Shown here: in pieces, positions 1 through 7,999 of the stretch | Layout: each line of letters opens with the position of its first letter | Numbering within the stretch: the stretch's first letter is position 1 | Source: an uncultured Acidimicrobiia bacterium | Lineage (GTDB): Bacteria > Actinomycetota > Acidimicrobiia > Spongiisociales > UBA5794 | Assembly: GCA_965368815.1 (NCBI GenBank) | Contig: CBDUOH010000004.1 | Span: 1-51,107, forward strand | Direction: 5' to 3' | DNA: 51,107 nucleotides | Program-made: the position numbers and the translations under genes | The notes under the pieces: model-generated | The model's database searches: none | What the model was told of the DNA's origin: nothing | The model's input: the letters and a program-made list of their open reading frames with translations, nothing else

Positions 1-912
1 GCCGTCGGCGAGCACGAGACCCAGATTCGTTCGTATCCCCAATCGTGGGGACAGTTCGAGACGGGCGGGTATGAAGTGATCCGCAAGTGGAACTTCCCCG
101 ACCATGCCCAGAGGATCGCCGAGGAGGCAGTCGCCCTCCTGTCGGCCCCGGAGATGGAGGAGCGCGAGACGAACCTGGTCCTCGAATCCTCGCAGTTGGC
201 CCTCCAGATACACGAATCCGTCGGACACGCGATCGAGCTCGATCGCATCCTCGGGTGGGAGGCGGCCTTCGCAGGCACCAGCCATCTTGAACTGTCCAAA
301 CTCGGTGTCCATCGCTACGGGTCCGATCTGATGAACATCACCGCGGATGCCACGATTCCGGGAGCCTTGGGAACATTCGGGTACGACGACGAGGGTGCTC
401 CGGCACGTCGGGTCGACATCGTCAAGGATGGCATCTGGGTCGGGGTGCTGTCGGGCCGAGACTCGGCAGCCGTTGCCGGTCTCGAGGGCGGCTCTGGTGG
501 GATGGTGCGTGGCGACGGTTACAACCGTATTCCGATGGTGCGGATGACCAACGTCGGTCTGCTGCCCGGTGAGGGGACGCTCGACGAGATCATCGCCGAC
601 ACACCCGATGGCGTGTACATGGCAACCAACCGGTCGTGGTCGATCGATGATCGGCGCCTCAACTTCCAGTTCGGATGCGAGATCGGCTACGAGATCAAGA
701 ACGGCAAGCTTGGTCGCATGGTGAAGAACCCGACGTACACGGGGATCACGCCGCAGTTCTGGGGTTCGATGGACCGTCTCGCTGGTGCGGAGGAATGGAC
801 CCACTGGGGGATTCCCAACTGCGGGAAGGGGCAGCCGGTCCAGGTTGCCCACACGGGACACTCGGCATCGCCTGCCCGTTTCGCGAACGTGCGAGTGGGG
901 GTGAAGGGATGA
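1..912 (+). CDS. tldD: TldD/PmbA family metalloprotease, TldD subunit (5'-partial)
   Basis: Frame is open from base 1; HESVGH (HExxxH) zinc motif, GYDDEG, RMTN and C-terminal CGKGQP motifs. Confidence 0.93.
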   Translation, partial: AVGEHETQIRSYPQSWGQFETGGYEVIRKWNFPDHAQRIAEEAVALLSAPEMEERETNLVLESSQLALQIHESVGHAIELDRILGWEAAFAGTSHLELSKLGVHRYGSDLMNITADATIPGALGTFGYDDEGAPARRVDIVKDGIWVGVLSGRDSAAVAGLEGGSGGMVRGDGYNRIPMVRMTNVGLLPGEGTLDEIIADTPDGVYMATNRSWSIDDRRLNFQFGCEIGYEIKNGKLGRMVKNPTYTGITPQFWGSMDRLAGAEEWTHWGIPNCGKGQPVQVAHTGHSASPARFANVRVGVKG

Positions 913-2261
913 GCGACATCACGCGACGTGCGCAGGACCTCGCCGGTCAGGTACTTGCGATTGTCGGGGACGATGCGAATGCCGCCGTCTACGCACGAGC
1001 TGGGACATCTGCGCTCACGCGTTTCGCCAACTCGTTCATTCATCAGAACGTCTCGGACGATGTCGCCGAGCTGACGTTGACGATCGAACGCGATGGCAGG
1101 GTCGCACATGGAACAACGACCACAACCGACGCCGACGCCATCCGGGCGTGGGTCGAGGCCACCATCGCCACCGCCGATGCCCAGAACGTGGACGACGACT
1201 GGCCGGGGCTCACACCGCCAACGGCCATCCCTGCCGTCGACCACTACGACGAAGAAACTGCTGCAGCGGATCCATCCGTGCGAGCGGAGCTCGTCCGGGC
1301 CTTCGTGGAAGCCGGCGATGGACTTCGCGCAGCAGGTATGTGTGAAACCGTGGTGTTCGGCGACGCGTTCGCCAACTCGGCAGGGCAGACAGCTCAGGGT
1401 CGATGGACACGTGTGGTGCTCGACGGGATCCATCAGACCGACACGACAGCCGGGAGCGGTCACGCCTCCGGTGGTGCCATCTCGGGTATCGACGCAGCCG
1501 CCGCAGGCCGTGAAGCGGCGGTCCGTGCGCGCGACGGCCAGCATGCCTTTGACGCCAAGCCGGACAGGTACGAGGTCGTCCTCGCACCCGAAGCGGTTGG
1601 CACCATCGCCCAATTCCTGGGTTTCTATGGCTTCAACGGGCGGTCATTCAACGAAGGGATGTCGTTCGTGAAGTTGGGCGAGGACCGATTCGATCCTTCG
1701 GTCAATCTCTATGACGACGCCACTGATCCCAGAGCGCTCGGCGTTGCGTTCGACAGTGAGGGGTCTCCCAAGCATCGGGTCAACCTGATCGACCACGGCA
1801 CGACCGCGAACGTGGTCCACACCCGACGGACGGCAAAGAAGGCCGGCGTCGAGACGACCGGAAGCTCGTTCAAGGCCGAGGACGGTTTTGGCACGGGTCT
1901 CCCGTTCGCCGACAGGATGTTCATCGACGGAGGCACCGATACCGAGGAAGATCTGGTCGCGGGCGTCGAACGAGGGATCTACGTGGCAACGTTCAACTAC
2001 TGCCGGATCCTCGATCCGAAGACGTTGGTGGTGACCGGGTTGACCCGCAACGGCACCTTCATGATCGAAAACGGGCGGATCACGGGCCCCATCACGAACA
2101 TGCGGTTCACACAGTCGTTCGTTGATGCCCTTGCTCCGGGTCAGGTGGGGGCGTGGGCGAACAATGCCAGGTTCAATGCCGGCGAGTTCGGGAACGCGAC
2201 CGTGCATGCACCATCGGTGCACCTGCGGTCGTGGAACATGACGGGCGGTGCCGACGGCTGA
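909..2261 (+). CDS. tldE: TldD/PmbA family protein, TldE/PmbA subunit
   Basis: ATGA overlap with tldD; LTRFANSFIHQN, FDSEG and TGLTRNGTF motifs; no HExxH. Confidence 0.88.
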   Translation: MSDITRRAQDLAGQVLAIVGDDANAAVYARAGTSALTRFANSFIHQNVSDDVAELTLTIERDGRVAHGTTTTTDADAIRAWVEATIATADAQNVDDDWPGLTPPTAIPAVDHYDEETAAADPSVRAELVRAFVEAGDGLRAAGMCETVVFGDAFANSAGQTAQGRWTRVVLDGIHQTDTTAGSGHASGGAISGIDAAAAGREAAVRARDGQHAFDAKPDRYEVVLAPEAVGTIAQFLGFYGFNGRSFNEGMSFVKLGEDRFDPSVNLYDDATDPRALGVAFDSEGSPKHRVNLIDHGTTANVVHTRRTAKKAGVETTGSSFKAEDGFGTGLPFADRMFIDGGTDTEEDLVAGVERGIYVATFNYCRILDPKTLVVTGLTRNGTFMIENGRITGPITNMRFTQSFVDALAPGQVGAWANNARFNAGEFGNATVHAPSVHLRSWNMTGGADG

Positions 2262-2479
2262 TGGGAATCCTCGGACCTGACATCGCTGCCGCCGTCTTCA
2301 AGGACGTTGACACCGCCGAACAAGGATGGGCGTTGCTCAATGACGCCGACATCCCCTCGACGATGATCACCGACCCTGGCATGCTTGGTGCCTACAGCGT
2401 CCAGCTCATGGTCGACCGCGAAGATCTCGATCGCGCCCAAGCCGTCCTTGCTCCGTTGGTGCGGCAGACCAAGGGCTAG
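2261..2479 (+). CDS. Small protein (72 aa), DUF2007/PII-like fold suspected
   Basis: TGATG coupling to tldE; MGILGPDIAAAVF...VQLMVDREDLDRAQAVL resembles the DUF2007 C-terminal pattern. Confidence 0.7.
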   Translation: MGILGPDIAAAVFKDVDTAEQGWALLNDADIPSTMITDPGMLGAYSVQLMVDREDLDRAQAVLAPLVRQTKG

Positions 2480-2493
2480 CGCCCGCCTGGTCA

Positions 2494-2524
2494 TCGACGA
2501 CGGAGCGTTCTCCGTCGCTGTCGA
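2494..2524 (+). terminator. Hairpin between convergent genes, probable terminator
   Basis: CGACGGAG-cgtt-CTCCGTCG stem (2498-2517) with outer TCGA/TCGA pairing; no U-tract. Confidence 0.45.
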
Positions 2525-2651
2525 GCAGCATGCGGATGACTCCGGAATCGCAGAACGATCGAATGGAATTGGGATCGATCTCGTTCCCGCTAGGGCGCGG
2601 AACGCATACTTCGATTGTCAAGCGACAATCCGCAGGCTTCAGATCGGAATA

Positions 2652-3110
2652 TCAGAGGTGTGAGCGCGCGGCGTATGCGGGGTTGGAGAACGGCCAGACG
2701 GTAGCGATCCACTCCGACAGTTCCTGCCACACCACGATGTCCATTTCGGAACGGCTCACCCGGACCCACGACCTCACATTCGCATCATGTGCTGGATCCG
2801 ATGACGGGTAGATGTAGACGCACCCGATGACCTCGTCTCCGTCGAGGATCGAGTAGGTGAAGCCTGTCCTCGATGCGAAGTCGTCAGCGTGTCGCACCAG
2901 GTCGCCGAGGTTCCTCTCGAGGGACATGGGAGCCGGCCAGTCCGCGTCGGGACCATCGAATCCCGGAGTTGCGTGGATGTGTTCGATGCTCGACATCCAC
3001 GCCTCGTGGTCACGCTCGTTGTGGACGGCGCCAAGAGGCTCAAGCCGGAACCCGGTTCCTTTGAAGGATTCGGGAACATCGAAATCGGTGGGTACGAATG
3101 CGTCGGTCAT
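2652..3110 (-). CDS. GNAT-family N-acetyltransferase-like protein
   Basis: MTDAFVPTDFDVP...FRLEPLG...FTYSILDGDEVIGCVYIYP...VRSWV; TATCGT lies 6 nt before the ATG (leaderless). Confidence 0.8.
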   Translation of the reverse strand: MTDAFVPTDFDVPESFKGTGFRLEPLGAVHNERDHEAWMSSIEHIHATPGFDGPDADWPAPMSLERNLGDLVRHADDFASRTGFTYSILDGDEVIGCVYIYPSSDPAHDANVRSWVRVSRSEMDIVVWQELSEWIATVWPFSNPAYAARSHL

Positions 3111-3112
3111 GT

Positions 3113-3319
3113 GGCCACGATACGTCGGCGGCGTTGTTCCGGGGCCCACACCCGCGCCGGCATCGCGTCGTTGACCTCGACGACGGACCGGAGCTCTCGA
3201 TCCATCCTCACGGACCGGGCACACTCGGTACATTCAGCGTCCAGCTGATGGTGGACCCCAATGATCTCGACCGGGTGCAGTCGGTACTGGCCCCTCTCGT
3301 GAGACGAGAGGCCCGCTAG
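3113..3319 (+). pseudogene. Degenerate second copy of the 2261..2479 gene
   Basis: PGTLGTFSVQLMVDPNDLDRVQSVLAPLVR matches PGMLGAYSVQLMVDREDLDRAQAVLAPLVR at 23/30 residues; the 5' half is decayed and lacks a credible start. Confidence 0.7.
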
Positions 3320-3981
3320 CGGTCGTCCGACTGTGCGGCGATGCCGTTTGCGTCCGCTGAAGTCGAGCGGTGCTCGCGGAGCTGTGCTGCTGGTGTTCCC
3401 GGGTGAGCGGGGATGCCCTGCTTGATGATGACGAGGGCTTGGGATACGGGGGTTCGGGTCATGGGACCTTGGCTTTCTTACTGGTGGCCTGTCGAACGTT
3501 TCGACGGCCGTGCGATACAAACTGCGTCATTGGTTGATGCGATGACAGGCAGAAGGGCGAGGCGTTGTGGCAATCCCGTCCAACGAAGTGGCAGCGGGAG
3601 CCGGAACGAGCACGAGAATTCGCGGTGTGTGATCGTGCGTTGTCAAGGACACTATCGGGTCAGGGCGCGAATCCACCCTTTATCCGCTCGCGTCGTTCAT
3701 CAGGGTCGACATCGCCGTGCCGACGGCCCGTTGTGAACGCGTGACCTGGATTGCACTGATGGCTCCAAGCCGCCGGTGCGGTGGCGCCGGCAAGCTGTCG
3801 AGCACCGGGGAGTTCTCAGACTGACTCCGGAACCTCAACCGGGAAGGAGAGTTTGGTGTGGCAACTGATGGAGCACTCGGCGGTCCATGGCTCACGAATC
3901 GCTGGCGCCGTGACTCGGCCACGAGTACATTGTTGCCACGCGACCACGCATTGTGTTCGCGAGGGCAAGATGGAGGAAACA

Positions 3982-4212
3982 ATGAGGAGACGACTCGTGG
4001 TGTTCGCGCTGGCCTTGGCCATGGCGTTCGGCTCGATGGTCGGCGTTGCGGCCGCCACCGGTGAGGGTGACGGTGGTGCCAAATGCAACAACGGTGTCGG
4101 GAACGGTCCCGATTGTCGACCAGGTAAGGCTCGCTTCAACAACGACGATGCAGGTGGCGTGCCCGGGGCTCCCGGCTCACGCGGTGGTCCGGCGAGCGGC
4201 AACGCTTACTAG
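3982..4212 (+). CDS. Small secreted Gly/Asn-rich protein (76 aa) with one Cys pair
   Basis: GGAGG RBS before ATG 3982; Sec-type signal peptide MRRRLVVFALALAMAFGSMVGVAAA; followed by a strong hairpin. Confidence 0.8.
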   Translation: MRRRLVVFALALAMAFGSMVGVAAATGEGDGGAKCNNGVGNGPDCRPGKARFNNDDAGGVPGAPGSRGGPASGNAY

Positions 4213-4226
4213 GACGACGATCAGGT

Positions 4227-4259
4227 AGATGGGTCCTCGCCGTGGGTGGGGACCCATCT
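4227..4259 (+). terminator. Strong hairpin terminator
   Basis: AGATGGGTCCTCGCC-gtg-GGTGGGGACCCATCT, a 15-bp stem with two G-U pairs, between convergent genes. Confidence 0.7.
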
Positions 4260-4346
4260 GCGCGTACTGCGTCGTTCGGGGCTCCGCTGTATGCGACTGC
4301 CCGGGCCGGATCTTGGTCTGCGATACTTCCGCTGGCCCGCCGACCG

Positions 4347-4529
4347 CTATGCCCCGAGGGCGGAGAAGACCTCGTAGACCATGAATGCGGGCCAAAAGAG
4401 ACCCTGGAAGAACGACAACACATACTGCCAGAAAGAATCTGCCTGCTGCCAGAAGTACACGAACGATCCGAAGATCCCCAGTCCGTAGATGGCGCCGCCA
4501 CCCGCTGCTCCTGCCCGATGTGAACCCAT
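4347..4529 (-). CDS. Small membrane protein (60 aa)
   Basis: AGGAGG RBS; hydrophobic GGAIYGLGIFGSFVYFWQQA...FWPAFMVY. Confidence 0.8.
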   Translation of the reverse strand: MGSHRAGAAGGGAIYGLGIFGSFVYFWQQADSFWQYVLSFFQGLFWPAFMVYEVFSALGA

Positions 4530-4592
4530 GGTTCCGTACCTCCTTCAGATTCCATGCTAGGTGCTCGGTTGTCGGTCAATATGCTTGTCGGT

Positions 4593-4925
4593 ATGGCTCC
4601 TGCCCGCCCGCTCGCATTGGTGTCCTCGATGATCGGCTTCGGTGGTGTGAGTGCCTATGTGGCCATCATGGCCGGTGAGGGGGACAACAGCCTCCGCATT
4701 GCGGTCCCGATTGCGCTTGGCATGCTTGTCGCAACCGCCTTGGCGCTGGTCGGCACGTTCGCCGCCCAGCCCTCCATCGCTCGGGGCTCGCTGATCGCAG
4801 CGACGATCGTGTTCGGAATCGTGGGGTTCCTCGGGCTCTTCACGATCGGGATCATCTTCGTCATCGCAGCGGCTTTGTCAGGTGCCGCGCTCGGAAGGAT
4901 GCAGGGTCAGCGCTCGGGTCGGTAG
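4593..4925 (+). CDS. Small multi-pass membrane protein
   Basis: About four hydrophobic segments; TATGCT lies 7 nt before ATG 4593. Confidence 0.7.
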   Translation: MAPARPLALVSSMIGFGGVSAYVAIMAGEGDNSLRIAVPIALGMLVATALALVGTFAAQPSIARGSLIAATIVFGIVGFLGLFTIGIIFVIAAALSGAALGRMQGQRSGR

Positions 4926-4962
4926 ACCGCAGAACCGGGCAGGGTCGTCGTTGTCGGGACGC

Positions 4963-5169
4963 TCAATGGTGGTGGTCGTGGCCGTGGGAGCCCGAACCGG
5001 GCTCGTCAGGACCCACTCAACAGCCGGGTTCGCCGTGATTCCCGCAGCACGACGTTCCGTTCTTGATCTTGATCGCGTTGTTCTTGGCCACCAACCGGAG
5101 TTTCTCGAGCAGTGGGAGGTCGCTGTTGGCGAAGTTCCCGAAGTAGTGGCGAGGGTGCGGTCGTGGCAT
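4963..5169 (-). CDS. Cys-rich microprotein; candidate selenoprotein (68 aa with TGA 5017-5019 read as Sec, or 50 aa if that TGA is the stop)
   Basis: TACCGT lies 6 nt before ATG 5169; MPRPHPRHYFGNF...CCGNHGEPGC-TGA, then in frame VGPDEPGSGSHGHDHHH-TGA. The confidence refers to the gene; the Sec reading is less certain. Confidence 0.7.
4984..5016 (-). promoter_or_regulatory. Candidate bacterial SECIS hairpin
   Basis: Immediately 3' of the UGA: GUGG-guccugac-GAGCCC-GGUUC-GGGCUC-CCAC; the G-leading apical loop starts after an 18-nt spacer. Confidence 0.55.
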
Positions 5170-5294
5170 GGGCCCACGGTACACACCCTGGGTGCGGATT
5201 GCGGAGGCTGTCGCGTCGACACCCCGACCGAACTGCTCGTTCAATGTCGGGGTGTCGACGACGTACTCAGGACCTGAGCCGATGGTTGGATGGA

Positions 5295-5714
5295 CTACGC
5301 CTCGAGGGAGTGCTCGTGGTCGTGCTCGTGGGCTTCGTGGTCATGACCGCCGGAAGCCTCCTCGGCTGCGATCTCTTCGCGGATGGCATCCATGTCGAGT
5401 GCCTCGATCTGTGCGATCAGATCCTCAAGGGCATCTTCGGGCAGGGCGCCGGGTTGGGCGAAGATGCCGATCTTGTCGCGGAAGGCGACGAGCGTCGGGA
5501 TCGACTGGATCCCGAAGTTCTGTGCAACCGCCTGCTCGGCCTCGGTGTCGACCTTGGCGAACGTGATGTCGGGATGTGCTTCCGAGACCTTCTCGTAGGT
5601 CGGTGCGAACGAACGGCACGGACCGCACCATTCGGCCCAGAAATCGATCAGGACGATGTCGTTGCCCTCGATCGTCTCGACGAGCGTGTCTGCGGTGATG
5701 TCAATGGTTGCCAC
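5295..5714 (-). CDS. trxA: Thioredoxin with His/Glu-rich C-terminal tail
   Basis: DFWAEWCGPCRSF active site and SIPT cis-Pro motif; AGGAG RBS before GTG. Confidence 0.92.
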   Translation of the reverse strand: MATIDITADTLVETIEGNDIVLIDFWAEWCGPCRSFAPTYEKVSEAHPDITFAKVDTEAEQAVAQNFGIQSIPTLVAFRDKIGIFAQPGALPEDALEDLIAQIEALDMDAIREEIAAEEASGGHDHEAHEHDHEHSLEA

Positions 5715-5806
5715 GATGGCTCCTCTGCAATGGGTTCCAGTCACAGCAACGCGTCGGCGTATCTGTGTATTCCGTTGCAGGGCTTCCTCTCGGTACCCTG
5801 CCTGAT

Positions 5807-6451
5807 GTGTCCGAACCTATCGCGATCGTTACGTTGTCGGGTGTCGCCGTGCGTGCAGGCGCGGTGCCGATCCTGCGCGACATCAACCTGTCAGTCGCCG
5901 CCGGTGAGACCATCGGACTCTTCGGGGCGAACGGTGCTGGGAAGACGACCCTTCTCCGGGTCATGGCGACTTTGAACCGCCCCTCTGCCGGCACCGGGTC
6001 GGTGTTCGGCATCCCGCTCGATCACGACGACCGATTCGATATCCGACATCGCATCGGCTACATCGGGCACACACCGGGGCTCTACCCGGAGCTGACGCTG
6101 GGTGAAAACCTTCGTTTCATTGCCGAGGCCATGGGGATCAGTGCCGAGGAAGCCGATCGGTATCTCGCGGTCGTCGGTCTGTCGGGGGCGATGGACCGTC
6201 GAGCAGATCGATGTAGCCATGGCATGCAGCGGCGAGCCGAGTTCGCCCGGGCTCATATGACCCGTCCCGATCTGCTCCTTCTCGACGAGCCACATTCGGC
6301 CCTCGACGACACCGCAGTCGCCCTCGTCGATGACCTGGTGCGCCGCACCGTGGAATCCGGGGGAGCAGCGGTACTGGTCTCACACGAGCGGGATCGGGTT
6401 GCAGCGTTGTCGACACGGACATTCGAGATCGAAGGTGGCACCCTCCGATGA
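5807..6451 (+). CDS. ccmA: Heme ABC exporter ATP-binding protein CcmA
   Basis: GANGAGKTT Walker A, SHGMQRR signature, LLLLDEP; first gene of the ccm operon; TACCCT 7 nt before GTG. Confidence 0.88.
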   Translation: MSEPIAIVTLSGVAVRAGAVPILRDINLSVAAGETIGLFGANGAGKTTLLRVMATLNRPSAGTGSVFGIPLDHDDRFDIRHRIGYIGHTPGLYPELTLGENLRFIAEAMGISAEEADRYLAVVGLSGAMDRRADRCSHGMQRRAEFARAHMTRPDLLLLDEPHSALDDTAVALVDDLVRRTVESGGAAVLVSHERDRVAALSTRTFEIEGGTLR

Positions 6452-7119
6452 AGGCTTCGTTCTTCGCCCAGACACGTGCCGTCATGAAGCGTGATCTCCT
6501 GCGAGAAAAGCGGTCCGGCGAGGTCCTGTGGATCACCATCCCGTTTGGCGCCGTTGCCCTGCTGTTGATCCCGATCGCGATCGGGATCGACACGCCGACC
6601 CTCCGAGGGGTAGGGATCGGGATGTTCTGGGTGGTGATCATGCTCTTCGGCGTTCTGATCTCCGTTCGGCGATCAACGACAGACTCGATGGCACAGCGCG
6701 ACATGGTGGCACTGACCGGGATGGATCCTGCAGCGGTGTTCGCGGGATCAAGTGCTGCCAACTTCGTGCTGCTCGTGGTGTTCGAGTTGGTACTCGGTGT
6801 GTTGACGATCGTGCTCTACGACATATCGCTGACCGGGTGGGTTTGGATCCCCGCCATCCTGCTCCTTGTCGCTGCTGGGCTCTCGTTCCTCGGTACGCTC
6901 GCCGGAGCCATCGTTGCGACCGGTCAGTCGGCAGGAGCCCTGGTGCCCTTCATCGTTGCCCCGCTGTCGGTGCCGATCCTCATCGCTGCGACCCAGTCGT
7001 TTGAAGGCTTACGGCTCGGTCACAGTATCCTCACATGGGTTCTGATGCTGGTCGTCGTGGCACTTGTCCTGGCGATCGCCGGAGTCCTCGCAGCCCGGCC
7101 CCTCCAGGAGACCTCATGA
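6448..7119 (+). CDS. ccmB: Heme exporter protein CcmB
   Basis: Six-TM-type hydrophobicity; KRDLLREKR and PLSVPILI motifs; lies between ccmA and ccmC. Confidence 0.85.
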   Translation: MKASFFAQTRAVMKRDLLREKRSGEVLWITIPFGAVALLLIPIAIGIDTPTLRGVGIGMFWVVIMLFGVLISVRRSTTDSMAQRDMVALTGMDPAAVFAGSSAANFVLLVVFELVLGVLTIVLYDISLTGWVWIPAILLLVAAGLSFLGTLAGAIVATGQSAGALVPFIVAPLSVPILIAATQSFEGLRLGHSILTWVLMLVVVALVLAIAGVLAARPLQETS

Positions 7120-7868
7120 CCACCGGCGTCGCATCCGACCAGACGCAATCATCTTCAGCCACGTGGCCGTGGTACGCGATGATCGGCGCCGGTGTCGTCA
7201 CGCTCACCGCGTCATTCGTCGTTCCGCCCGATGCCATCCAGGAACAGCTCTCGCGCATCCTCTACGTCCACGTGCCAGCGGCGTGGCTCGCGTATGTGTC
7301 GTTCGGCGTCACGATGCTCGCATCGGCGATCTACCTATGGCGCAAGACCCTCGTGTGGGACCGCATCGCAGCGTCCTCAGCCGAGATTGGCGTCGTGTTC
7401 ACCGGGTTGACGCTCGTGGTCGGCATGATCTGGGGAAAGTCGACATGGGGAGTGTGGTGGACCTGGGATGCGCGTCTGACCCTCACAGCGATCATGTTCT
7501 TCGTGTATCTCGGCTACCTCGCGTTGCGCCGGACCACCGACGATCTCGAGGCGAGGGCCAGGCGTAGCGCCATCCTCGGTCTCATCGCCGTCGTCCAGAT
7601 CCCGCTTGTGCACTTCTCGGTCATTTGGTGGCGTGGTCTGCACCAAACCCCATCGCTCGTCAAGCCGGCCTCGGTGGACATGGATCCCGAAATGGTGGTG
7701 ACGCTGCTCCTTGCGGTCGCGATGTTCTCACTGTTCTACGTCGCCCTGATGTTCAAAAGGGTCGAGCTCGCCAAGCTCGAAGACCGGTTGCTCATCCAGG
7801 ATGTCGCCGACGCAGGTCCGATGGCGGGGGAAGCGGTCACTGCGCCCACGCTCGGAGGTGATGCCTGA
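7116..7868 (+). CDS. ccmC: Heme exporter/chaperone CcmC
   Basis: RILYVHVPAAW; WWD domain WGKSTWGVWWTWDARLT; VHFSVIWWRGLHQ. Confidence 0.95.
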   Translation: MTTGVASDQTQSSSATWPWYAMIGAGVVTLTASFVVPPDAIQEQLSRILYVHVPAAWLAYVSFGVTMLASAIYLWRKTLVWDRIAASSAEIGVVFTGLTLVVGMIWGKSTWGVWWTWDARLTLTAIMFFVYLGYLALRRTTDDLEARARRSAILGLIAVVQIPLVHFSVIWWRGLHQTPSLVKPASVDMDPEMVVTLLLAVAMFSLFYVALMFKRVELAKLEDRLLIQDVADAGPMAGEAVTAPTLGGDA

Positions 7869-7999
7869 TGGATGTCGCTGAGCAGTGGAACTGGGTCGGG
7901 CTCGCGTACGGGGCGACGTATATCAGTCTCGTCGTCTACGCCGCGGCCGTGGCCAACAAGATCTCCAAGGCCCGGCAACGCCTCGACGGAGGATCATGA
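7868..7999 (+). CDS. ccmD: CcmD-like small membrane protein (43 aa, not in ORF track)
   Basis: MDVAEQWNWVGLAYGATYISLVVYAAAVANKISKARQRLDGGS; TGATG overlap with ccmC and ATGA overlap with ccmE; AYG motif, TM segment and basic tail. Confidence 0.75.
   Translation: MDVAEQWNWVGLAYGATYISLVVYAAAVANKISKARQRLDGGS

Noticed and set aside
675-908. Long N-terminal extensions in the ORF track (tldE 675, kinase 20951, nur 25656, tadA 37624, MFS 34758 and others)
   Set aside because: They overlap upstream genes; stop/start overlaps, RBSs or -10 boxes indicate later starts
2406-2621. 71-aa minus-strand ORF downstream of the GNAT gene
   Set aside because: It overlaps the tldE-coupled gene and its hairpin, and has no recognisable motif or RBS
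3800-3850. Possible c-di-AMP (ydaO) riboswitch (TCAGACTGACTCCGG...GGAAGGAG)
   Set aside because: The resemblance is only fragmentary; the expected conserved core segments could not be placed in order
1-4212. RiPP cluster made of TldDE, GNAT and the Gly/Cys-rich peptide
   Set aside because: No YcaO, radical SAM, LanM or dedicated exporter is present, and the peptide has an ordinary Sec-pathway signal peptide rather than a RiPP leader
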